Assembly (NCBI GenBank): GCA_038325725.1
Contig: JBBQJG010000001.1
Span: 1 to 61,149 of the forward strand
Source of the DNA: Polyangia bacterium
GTDB taxonomy: Bacteria > Myxococcota_A > Polyangia > Fen-1088
Direction of reading: 5' to 3'
Length of the DNA stretch: 61,149 nucleotides
How positions within the stretch are numbered: position 1 is the first letter of the stretch; every line of letters starts with the position of its first letter. This document shows, one piece after another, positions 19,004-26,910 of the stretch. The notes under the pieces were generated by a model that was given only the letters and a program-made list of their open reading frames with translations, ran no database searches and was not told where the DNA came from. Both the position numbers and the translations under genes were made by a program.

Positions 19004-20296
19004 GTGGACGGGGAACGGCCGCTCGGGGTCAGGCACGCGATGGCGCTCGTCGTGTCGAGCATGATCGGCACGGGCATCTTCACGACGACGGGCTTCATGG
19101 TGGGCGATCTCGGCGCGCCCTGGCAGGTGCTGACCGTGTGGGCGCTCGCGGGCGCGCTCGCATTGGCCGGCGCGGCCGTCTACGCCGAGCTCGGCGCCAT
19201 GATGCCGCGCGCGGGCGGCGAGTACGTCTACCTGACGCGCGCGTATCACCCCGCCGTGGGCTTCCTCGCCGGGTGGATCGCGGTCTTCGTCGGCTTCTCG
19301 GCGCCCATCGCCGCGAGCGCGCTGGCCTTCGGGCGCTACTTGCACGCGATCGCGCCCGCCGTGAACGTGCGCGGCGCCGCCTTCGCGCTCGTCGCGCTCA
19401 CGGCGGTGGTGCACGCGCGCGACGTGCGGCGCGCGGGCGCGGCGCAGACCGCGCTCACGGCGGCGATCATCTCCGTCGTCGTCGTGTTCTCCGTGGCGGC
19501 GCTCGCGTCGGGGCGGCTCGAAGCGTCGCGGCTCGCGTCGTCATGGGACGTTCCTTTCAAGGGCGGCGCGGGCGCGTGGGCGGTCTCGCTCGTCTACGCG
19601 ACGTACGCCTACTTCGGGTGGAACGCCGCCGCCTACGTCGCGGGCGAAGTGCGCGCCCCCGATCGGACGTTGCCCCGCGCGCTCGTCGGTGGCGTCGCCC
19701 TCGTCGCGGCGCTGTACCTCGGCCTCAACGCCGTCTTCCTCGCGGCAGCGCCGCGCGCAGCCCTCGCTGGTCAGGTCGAGGTGGGCGACGTCGCGGCGCG
19801 CGCGCTCTTCGGAGCGCGTGGCGGCGCCGCGATGTCGGCGGCGATCGCGCTCGCCCTCGCGGGCTCGGTGAGCGCGCTCGTCATGACGGGCGCGCGCGTC
19901 GTGCAGGCCATGGCCGACGACGGCGTGCTCTTCGGCGCGCTCGGCCGCGTGAACGGGCGCGGCGCGCCCACGGCCGCCGTGCTGCTGCTCGGCGCGCTCG
20001 CGGGCGTCGGCGTCGCGACGTCCGCCGTCGAGCCGCTGCTCGTCTACGCGGGTTTCACGCTCACGCTCAGCTCCGCGGCCACCGTCGCGAGCGCCTTCGT
20101 GCTGCGGCGCCGCGAGCCGGCCGCGACGCGCCCGCACCGCGCCCTCGCCTGGCCGTGGAGCGGCGTCGCCTACCTGGCGCTGTCCGCCTTCATGCTCGCC
20201 TTCGGCGCGCGCGAACGACCGCTCGAGACCCTCGCGGGCGCCGCGACGCTCGCCGGAGGGGGCGTCGCGTGGGCGCTCTGGCGCCGCCGCCGCTGA
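19004..20296 (+). CDS. APC-superfamily amino acid permease
   Basis: ALVVSSMIGTGIFTTTGF signature and about 12 hydrophobic segments. GTG start. Confidence 0.8.
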   Translation: MDGERPLGVRHAMALVVSSMIGTGIFTTTGFMVGDLGAPWQVLTVWALAGALALAGAAVYAELGAMMPRAGGEYVYLTRAYHPAVGFLAGWIAVFVGFSAPIAASALAFGRYLHAIAPAVNVRGAAFALVALTAVVHARDVRRAGAAQTALTAAIISVVVVFSVAALASGRLEASRLASSWDVPFKGGAGAWAVSLVYATYAYFGWNAAAYVAGEVRAPDRTLPRALVGGVALVAALYLGLNAVFLAAAPRAALAGQVEVGDVAARALFGARGGAAMSAAIALALAGSVSALVMTGARVVQAMADDGVLFGALGRVNGRGAPTAAVLLLGALAGVGVATSAVEPLLVYAGFTLTLSSAATVASAFVLRRREPAATRPHRALAWPWSGVAYLALSAFMLAFGARERPLETLAGAATLAGGGVAWALWRRRR

Positions 20297-20300
20297 TCGC

Positions 20301-21365
20301 TCAGGCGAGCGCGCGCTCGAGGATCTCGGCGCGCGCGTCGCGCGTCGCGACGAGCTGCTCGTGCAGCGACCACTGCCCGCGCGCGCGCAAGAGGTTGTGC
20401 TCGCCGCGGCCCGGGAAGCGCGTCGCGTCCCACCCGAAGTACGTCTCGAGGAGCGCGTCGGCCGCGAAGCGCGACGCGAGCTCGAGGCTGACCCACTCGA
20501 CGCCCAACAACAGCCCGCGGCGCGTCTCGGCGTCGAGCGGCGCGCCCCACCCCGCGCGGTACCCATCGACAGACGCGCGCAGCACGTCGAGATCGAGCCG
20601 CGCGACGGCGACGTCCTCGCCCGCGCGGTTGCACCACGACCGCCACGCGTCGCCCAGCTCGTACGACAGCGACAGCGGCCCGACGGTGTCGAGATCGATC
20701 AAGCACACGGCGATCTCCGACGCGGGCGGCTCGTGATCGGCGAACAGGATGTTGCTGAACTTGAGATCGCCGTGACACACGCGCGCCGCCAACACGGGCA
20801 ACGCCGGCAGCGCGGCCGCGCCTGTTGCGATCGCGCGCGCGAGCGCCCCGACATCAACCGCGAGGCGATGTCTCGGGTGCGTCGCGACGGCGTCGGCGAG
20901 GCGCGATAGGTGCGCCGCCGTGTCGTGCACGCTCGCGCGCAGGCCCACGAACGCGTGAGGCAGGCCGTCGAGCGCGCGGTGGAAGCGCGCGATCAACGTC
21001 CCCGCGGCGCGCGCCTGCTTGGCGCCCGCGACGGCGTCGAACGACACGCCCCCGACGTGCGTGAGCAACCGCCAAACACCGTCGTCCCCCGCATCGACGA
21101 ACAGCGCGCCTGCGCGCGTGCGCACGAGGCGCGGCGTCTCGAGCCCCGCGGCCGCGAGCCGGCTCGTCACGGCCTCGATGTTCTCGTGAATGCGCGGCGA
21201 GAAGATCGGGCTCACCCGCTGGAGCACGGCGCGCGCGTCCCCGCGCGCGAGGAGGAACGTGCGGTTGATGAGCCCGCCCGCAAGCGGCGTCGCGCGCGCG
21301 CCCTCCCACCCCGCGTACTGCCCCAACACCTCGCGCTCGATGACCGCCTGCTCTTCCGTCGCCAC
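20301..21365 (-). CDS. aminoglycoside/choline-kinase-like phosphotransferase (APH fold)
   Basis: GLINRTFLL, catalytic HGDLKFSNILF and IDLDTV. The start is set to the GTG at 21365 because longer starts collide with the divergent gene at 21424. The start is uncertain. Confidence 0.7.
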   Translation of the reverse strand: MATEEQAVIEREVLGQYAGWEGARATPLAGGLINRTFLLARGDARAVLQRVSPIFSPRIHENIEAVTSRLAAAGLETPRLVRTRAGALFVDAGDDGVWRLLTHVGGVSFDAVAGAKQARAAGTLIARFHRALDGLPHAFVGLRASVHDTAAHLSRLADAVATHPRHRLAVDVGALARAIATGAAALPALPVLAARVCHGDLKFSNILFADHEPPASEIAVCLIDLDTVGPLSLSYELGDAWRSWCNRAGEDVAVARLDLDVLRASVDGYRAGWGAPLDAETRRGLLLGVEWVSLELASRFAADALLETYFGWDATRFPGRGEHNLLRARGQWSLHEQLVATRDARAEILERALA

Positions 21366-21423
21366 GCCCCGTGACTCTTGCGCGCCCCGCCGCGCGCGGC
21401 AAGCGCTGATAGGATGCAGCCTC

Positions 21424-21843
21424 ATGGAGCCAGCGAGCGACCCCGGCGACAAACGAAAGTTCGAAGGACCGGGCGGTACGACGGGCGGCCTCGGCGAGGC
21501 GCTCGGCGGGCTCGTCATGATCGCCGTCGGCATCTACATCGTTTTCGACCGCGTGACGGTTCACACGTCGTTCTGGAACTTCATCGGCACGCCCGGGCAG
21601 AGCTTCGGCCTGACGCTGCTGCCGCTGCTCGTCGGCATCGGCGCGCTGTTCTTCAACGGCGGCTCGAGGCTCGGGTGGGTGCTGCTCGTCGGGGGCGTGC
21701 TGCTGATCCTCTTCGGGATCCTGCTGAACCTCGACATCTACTTCCGCCCGACCAGCCTGTGGAACACGATCTTCATGTTCGGCCTCATCGGCGGCGGCGT
21801 CGGCCTCTTCGCGAAAGGTCTGCGCCCTCACCGTTCGAAATAG
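21424..21843 (+). CDS. small integral membrane protein (about 4 TM), unknown family
   Basis: MEPASDPGDKRKFEG... followed by four hydrophobic helices. Good GC3. Confidence 0.55.
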   Translation: MEPASDPGDKRKFEGPGGTTGGLGEALGGLVMIAVGIYIVFDRVTVHTSFWNFIGTPGQSFGLTLLPLLVGIGALFFNGGSRLGWVLLVGGVLLILFGILLNLDIYFRPTSLWNTIFMFGLIGGGVGLFAKGLRPHRSK

Positions 21844-21894
21844 AAGCAACGGTTCTTCACGAAAGTTTGTCTGACTTGGGCGTTCTACTGACGC

Positions 21895-23232
21895 ATGAAG
21901 AGCCCCACCATGAAAACTCTCGTCCTCTCCCTCCTCGCCGCCACGACGCTCGTCGCCTGTGGCAAGAACGACCCGACGCCCGCCGCGATGACGGGCGCCG
22001 TCACCTACTGGCAAGACGTCGCGCCGATCTACAACGACAAGTGCGTGAAGTGTCACCAGGCCGGTGGCATCGGGCCGTTCGCCCTCGACGACTACGCCTC
22101 CGCGCTGTCGGAGGCGAATGAAGAAGCTCGGCTCACGGGCCTCGGGACGATGCCGCCGTACCACCTCGTGCATGACGGCACGTGCGGCTCGTTCCACGAC
22201 GAGAACACGCTCACCGACGCGCAGAAGGCGACGATCAAGCGCTGGGCGGACGCCGGCGCGCCCGAGGGCACGAAGGTCACCATCACGCGGCCCGCGACGC
22301 CGAAGCTCGAAGGCGCGCTCGATCTGAAGACGCCCACCTTCATGCCCGTCGCCCAGGGCGGCGTGATCGCGCAGGACGACGAGTATCGCTGCTTCCTCGT
22401 GGACGCGCCCAACCCCACGGACGCCTTCCTCACGGCGTACGACGTCACGCCGGGCGACGCGACGATCATTCACCACGTGCTGACGTTCGTCGTCGACCCT
22501 CAGGCGCTCGGCGACAACGGCAAGACCAACGCCGAGATCATGCAGGCGCTCGACGACGCGTCCCCCGATCGCCTGGGCTGGCCGTGCTTCGGCGCCGCGG
22601 GCGACAACGTCAACGTCGACGCCGTGCCCGTGACGTGGGCGCCCGGCCAAGGCGTCGTGAGCTACCCCGCGGGCATGGGCGTGCCCGTGAAGTCGACGAG
22701 CAAGCTCGTCGTGCAGGTGCACTACAACCTCGCCGACCCGACCTCGCGCGGAAAATCAGACAGCACGACGGTTCACCTGCGCTTCGCCGACAAGGTCGAC
22801 CGTGCCCTGAGCTTCCTGCTGCCCGATTCGTTCCTCGACAGCCTCGGAAAGCCCACGCCCGACGTGCTGCCGCCGGGCATGACGGACGCGACGTACAAAT
22901 GGACGCGCACCGGGAAAGAGCTCGGCATCGCGGCGGGTTCAGTCGATCTCGTCGCCGTCATGCCGCATATGCACGGCCGCGGCGTGCGCCAGTTCCTCAA
23001 GATCGGCCCCGCCGGCAACCTCGCGTGCGCGTCCCACCTCGAGAGCTGGGACTTCCACTGGCAGGAGTTCTATTTCTACAAGACGTTCCCGACGATCACG
23101 CCCGACACGAACGTCGAGGTCACCTGCGAGTACGACACCTCGAGCGACACGACGCCCGTCTTCCCCGGCTGGGGCACGCGCAACGAGATGTGCCTCACCG
23201 TCCTCATGGTCGCGTTGCCGGCGGGCAATTAG
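21895..23232 (+). CDS. lipoprotein: N-terminal CXXCH module fused to a PHM/DBH-like copper type II monooxygenase domain
   Basis: Lipobox LVA/CGK. YWQDVAPIYNDKCVKCHQAGGIGPFAL. Cu-site-like motifs IIHHVLTF, VQVHYN, MPHMHGRG, NEMCLTVL. Confidence 0.7.
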   Translation: MKSPTMKTLVLSLLAATTLVACGKNDPTPAAMTGAVTYWQDVAPIYNDKCVKCHQAGGIGPFALDDYASALSEANEEARLTGLGTMPPYHLVHDGTCGSFHDENTLTDAQKATIKRWADAGAPEGTKVTITRPATPKLEGALDLKTPTFMPVAQGGVIAQDDEYRCFLVDAPNPTDAFLTAYDVTPGDATIIHHVLTFVVDPQALGDNGKTNAEIMQALDDASPDRLGWPCFGAAGDNVNVDAVPVTWAPGQGVVSYPAGMGVPVKSTSKLVVQVHYNLADPTSRGKSDSTTVHLRFADKVDRALSFLLPDSFLDSLGKPTPDVLPPGMTDATYKWTRTGKELGIAAGSVDLVAVMPHMHGRGVRQFLKIGPAGNLACASHLESWDFHWQEFYFYKTFPTITPDTNVEVTCEYDTSSDTTPVFPGWGTRNEMCLTVLMVALPAGN

Positions 23233-23241
23233 CTCGGGCCG

Positions 23242-24126
23242 TCACCAACCGAAGATCGACACCTCGGTGATGTTGAGGATGGCGAGGCTCGGCTCGCTCG
23301 GCGGGCCGCCGGCCAGGTGGCGAATACGAACGTAGCGCGCGTCGACGGCCTTCGGGATCGTGACGATGATGTCGTTGCCGTCGGCCGGGAAGACGCCTGT
23401 GAAGTCGCCCGTCGGAACGAGCGTGCAGCCCGTGCCGGTGGAGGTGCAACTCGACGTGCACGGACTCGACGAGGAAGTTGCCGGTTCGATCGTTGTGGGC
23501 GTCGGCGCGGTTCGTGAGACGGACCAGCTTCACCTTGCGGGTCGACCCGAGATCGACCTGCCACCAGGGCGCCGCGTCGGTGCTCTTGGTGAGCATGTAC
23601 GTCGAGTTGTAGTTGCCGTCGATGGCGAGCTTCGCGACGTGCGTGCCGTCGGCGTTCGTCGATTGCGACGCCGTCGCGAGGCCGTTGTGCGTGAGGTCCG
23701 TCAGGATGCAGAAGCCGCCCGAGGACGTCCCTCTTGGCAGGCGGGCAGGTTCTTGCAGTTGGGGTTGAGGGTCGTGTCGCAGCTCGAACCGATCTGCGTG
23801 CACGGCGCCTCGCCGATGCGTCCGCAGGAGACGCAGGTGCCGAGACCGCCCGATAGACGGCACTCTTGCCGCGCGCCGGGGAACGGAGGCGACGAGATCG
23901 CCGTCTCCGAGCCCGGGCAGTGCGCCGCCGCGTTGCAGCCGTCGCCGCACTGGTTGATGAACGTGGAGTTGACCGCGATGCTCGTCATCCGCCGGCCCGC
24001 GTCGACGCCCGACGTGCTGCTCGACGACGTCAGCGACTGCCCGCACTCCAAGTCCGACGTGGGCACGAGAGGCTTGTAGTCGATGGTCGCCGATCGGCCG
24101 GCGGGCCAGATCCCGAGCTCGCGCAC
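23242..24126 (-). pseudogene. Cys-rich / F5-8 type C (discoidin) domain protein disrupted by two compensating frameshifts, or by sequence errors
   Basis: Frame B (24126 to about 23735) gives a Cys-rich region ...NPNCKNLPACQ. Frame A (about 23730 to 23475) gives GGFCILTDLTHNGLATASQS..AIDGNYNSTYM..PWWQVDLGSTRKVKLVRLTNR...GNF. Frame B resumes (about 23425 to 23242) with CTLVPTGDFTGVFPADGNDIIVTIPKAVDARYVRIRHL...ITEVSIFGW*. There is no signal peptide at the N-terminus. Confidence 0.6.
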
Positions 24127-24174
24127 GAAGCACTCGCCCGGGGCCCCCTTCGGGAGGGAGCGGCCCTCCCCGCG

Positions 24175-26151
24175 TCACGTCTCCGGGACGAACCAGGTCG
24201 CGGACAGCGGCGGCAACGTCAGCCGCACCGAGGCCTCGCGGCCGTGGCAACGGAGGCTCTCGGCTTCCACGGCGCCGAGGTTGCCGAGGCCGCTGCCGCC
24301 GAAGCTCTCAGAGTCGCTGTTGAGAAGCTCGCGCCACTTCCCCCCGAACGGCACGCCGACGCGGTAGTCGCGCCGCGGGATCGGCGTGCAGTTGAAGACG
24401 GCCAGCAGCACATCGCGCGGGCCCGTCCCGCGCCGCAGGAACGAGACCACGCTGTTCTCGGCGTCGTTGGCGTCGACCCACTCGAAGCCCTGCGCGCCGA
24501 CGTCGCGCGTGTGCAGCGTCCCCTCGGTGCGGTACAGGCGGTTGAGCTCGCCGACGAACGTCATGAGCTGCGTGTGGAACGCCGATTCACCCAGCAGGTT
24601 CCAGTCGAGGCTCGCGTCGTGCGCCCACTCTTTGAATTGCCCGAACTCGCCGCCCTGAAACAGCAGCTTCTTTCCCGGCTGCGCCCACATCATTCCGTAC
24701 AGCAGCCGCAGCGTCGCGAAGCGCTGCCACAGATCGCCCGGCATCTTCTCGACGAGCGAGCGCTTGCCGTGCACGACCTCGTCGTGCGACAGCGGCAAGA
24801 CGAAGTTCTCGCTCCAATAGTAGACGCTGCGGAACGTCAGCTTGTGGTGGTGGTAGCGGCGGCCGATGGGATCCTGCTCGAAGTAGTCGAGCGTGTCGTG
24901 CATCCAGCCCATGTCCCACTTCATGCCGAAGCCGAGGCCGCCCGCGTACGCGGGTCGCGACACCATGGGCCACGACGTCGACTCCTCGGCGATCGAGTGC
25001 GTGTCGGGGTGCTCGCGGTAAACCGATTCGTTGAACGTGCGCAGAAACTGAATCGCTTCCAGGTTCTCGCGCCCGCCGTACTGGTTCGGGATCCAGCCGC
25101 CGCCCGGCCGCCCGTAGTCGAGGTACAGCATCGACGCGACGGCGTCGACGCGCAGCCCGTCGAGGTGATACAGGTCCAGCCAGAAGTTCGCGTTCGACAC
25201 GAGGAAGCTGCGGACCTCGTTGCGGCCGTAATTAAAGAGCGCGCTGCCCCATTCGGCGTGAATCCCCTGGCGCGGATCGGCGTGCTCGTACAGGTGCGTG
25301 CCGTCGAAGTAGATGAGCCCGTGCTCGTCCGTCGGGAAGTGCGCCGGCGTCCAGTCGAGAATCACGCCGATGTCCCGCTGGTGCAGGTAGTCGACGAACC
25401 ACATGAAATCCTCGGGTGTCCCGTAGCGCGCCGTCGGCGCGAAGAACCCCGTCACCTGATAGCCCCACGACGGATAGAACGGGTGCTCGGCGATCGGCAG
25501 CAGCTCGACGTGCGTGAAGCCGCACGCGGTGATGTGCGCCGCCAGCTTCGGCGCGAGCTCGCGGTACGTGAGGAAGCGGTTCTCCTCCTCGGGCACGCGC
25601 ATCCACGACCCGAGGTGGACCTCGTAGATCGACATCGGCGCCTCGAGCCCCTGACGCGCGCGCCGCTCTTTCATCCACGCGTCGTCGCTCCAGACGTGGC
25701 GATCGAGCCGACAGACGATCGACGCCGTCGCGGGAGGCAGCTCGCGGTGAAACGCGTACGGGTCGGATTTGTCGACGACGTAGCCGTCGGTCTTCGAGGT
25801 GATGCGGTACTTGTAGTGCGCGCCCTCGACGACGCCGGGCAGGAAGCCCTCCCAGATGCCGGCGCCCGCGCGCAGCACGAGCGGCACGGGCGATTCGCCC
25901 CAGCCCTCGAAGTCGCCGATGACGGCCACCTTCGCGGCGTTGGGCGCCCACACGGCGAAGCGCGTCCCGGCGGCGCCGCCCTCGGTGGTCAGGTGCGCGC
26001 CCAGCTTCTCGTAGATGCGGGCGTGCGTGCCTTCGGCGAACAGGTGGACATCGACGTCGCCCAGGTGGGGACCCGAAGTCGTCGCCGCGAGCATCCCCGA
26101 AGGTGTTTGCGACGGCCTAGGCGGGGCCTCGGTCGGTGAGCGTCCCGCCAT
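24175..26151 (-). CDS. glgB: 1,4-alpha-glucan branching enzyme
   Basis: GH13 GlgB blocks: FAVWAPNA, HVELLPI.EHP...SWGYQ, DGLRVDAV, EES, and the C-terminal beta domain. The start is trimmed to MAGRSPTE (26151). An alternative is MLAATTSG (26094). The upstream 210 aa of the track ORF are Arg-rich shadow. Confidence 0.92.
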   Translation of the reverse strand: MAGRSPTEAPPRPSQTPSGMLAATTSGPHLGDVDVHLFAEGTHARIYEKLGAHLTTEGGAAGTRFAVWAPNAAKVAVIGDFEGWGESPVPLVLRAGAGIWEGFLPGVVEGAHYKYRITSKTDGYVVDKSDPYAFHRELPPATASIVCRLDRHVWSDDAWMKERRARQGLEAPMSIYEVHLGSWMRVPEEENRFLTYRELAPKLAAHITACGFTHVELLPIAEHPFYPSWGYQVTGFFAPTARYGTPEDFMWFVDYLHQRDIGVILDWTPAHFPTDEHGLIYFDGTHLYEHADPRQGIHAEWGSALFNYGRNEVRSFLVSNANFWLDLYHLDGLRVDAVASMLYLDYGRPGGGWIPNQYGGRENLEAIQFLRTFNESVYREHPDTHSIAEESTSWPMVSRPAYAGGLGFGMKWDMGWMHDTLDYFEQDPIGRRYHHHKLTFRSVYYWSENFVLPLSHDEVVHGKRSLVEKMPGDLWQRFATLRLLYGMMWAQPGKKLLFQGGEFGQFKEWAHDASLDWNLLGESAFHTQLMTFVGELNRLYRTEGTLHTRDVGAQGFEWVDANDAENSVVSFLRRGTGPRDVLLAVFNCTPIPRRDYRVGVPFGGKWRELLNSDSESFGGSGLGNLGAVEAESLRCHGREASVRLTLPPLSATWFVPET

Positions 26152-26182
26152 CGGCGGCCAGTGTACCCGAGCCGATGACGCT

Positions 26183-26211
26183 TTGACTCCCCCGACGGAG
26201 AGATTTACTGT
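26183..26211 (+). promoter_or_regulatory. candidate sigma-70-type promoter TTGACT-N17-TACTGT
   Basis: Read directly. The -10 hexamer ends 9 nt before the ATG at 26221, which would imply a near-leaderless transcript. Confidence 0.25.
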
Positions 26212-26220
26212 TTTCCTCCT

Positions 26221-26910
26221 ATGAGACCTATTCGAGCCTTTTCTAAGAGATTCACCATCGTCCTCACGTTGGCGCTTTGTACGGGGTCTCTGTCCGGCTC
26301 GCTCGGTGGCGCGACCGCCGCCGCCGCCGACAAGCAGCTCAACGGGCTCGAGATGAAGGCGCGCGAATCGTTCGCCGCCGGGCGCTACGACGAAGCGCTG
26401 CAGACGTTCGCGAAGCTGTACGCCGAGACGTTGCACCCCGTGTACCTGCGCAACATCGGCCGCTGCCATCAGAAGATGCGCGAGCCGCAGAAGGCCATCG
26501 ACGCGTTCCAGGACTACCTGGCGAAGACGAAGACGGGCAAAGACAAGATCACGCCCGACGAGCACACCGAGATCGAAGGCTACATCAAGGACATGGAGAC
26601 GCTGCGCGACGCGCAGACGGCGGTGCCGCCCGCCCCGGCCGCTCCCGTGCAGCCCTTGAATGGCAATCCGAACGGAACGACCACCGCCGCGCCGATCCTC
26701 GCGCAGCCGGCGCCGCAGCCCGCGAGCGCGTCGAACCCGACGATGCTCGTCTCGACGCCGCCTCCCACCGAGGAATCGCATCCCATCTACACGCGCTGGT
26801 GGTTCTGGACGGGCGTGGGCGCCATCGTCGTGGGCGGCGTCGTCGCCGCCGTCGTGCTGTCTGGGGGCTCGACGCGGGACGCGTGTCCGACGGGAGTGGT
26901 CTGCAAATGA
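26221..26910 (+). CDS. TPR-like secreted protein with a C-terminal TM anchor
   Basis: Signal peptide, one or two TPR-like helices (GRYDEALQTFAKLY...EPQKAIDAFQDYL), a Pro/Ala linker, and the TM segment WWFWTGVGAIVVGGVVAAVVL. Confidence 0.65.
   Translation: MRPIRAFSKRFTIVLTLALCTGSLSGSLGGATAAAADKQLNGLEMKARESFAAGRYDEALQTFAKLYAETLHPVYLRNIGRCHQKMREPQKAIDAFQDYLAKTKTGKDKITPDEHTEIEGYIKDMETLRDAQTAVPPAPAAPVQPLNGNPNGTTTAAPILAQPAPQPASASNPTMLVSTPPPTEESHPIYTRWWFWTGVGAIVVGGVVAAVVLSGGSTRDACPTGVVCK

Noticed and set aside
23204-24250. 348-aa track ORF taken at face value
   Set aside because: Only its central ~85 codons look like protein (discoidin core). Both ends are Arg/His-rich nonsense, while another frame carries the conserved domain ends. 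I reinterpreted it as a frameshifted gene.
24175-26781. Full 868-aa version of glgB, and similar composite ORFs (14238-16637, 17602-19098, 29706-32000, 38185-41730, 55194-56846, 26277-28505, 6703-7809)
   Set aside because: The N-terminal extensions are Arg-rich, overlap neighbouring real genes in other frames or strands, and precede obvious signal peptides, lipoboxes or canonical N-termini. I trimmed them to internal starts.
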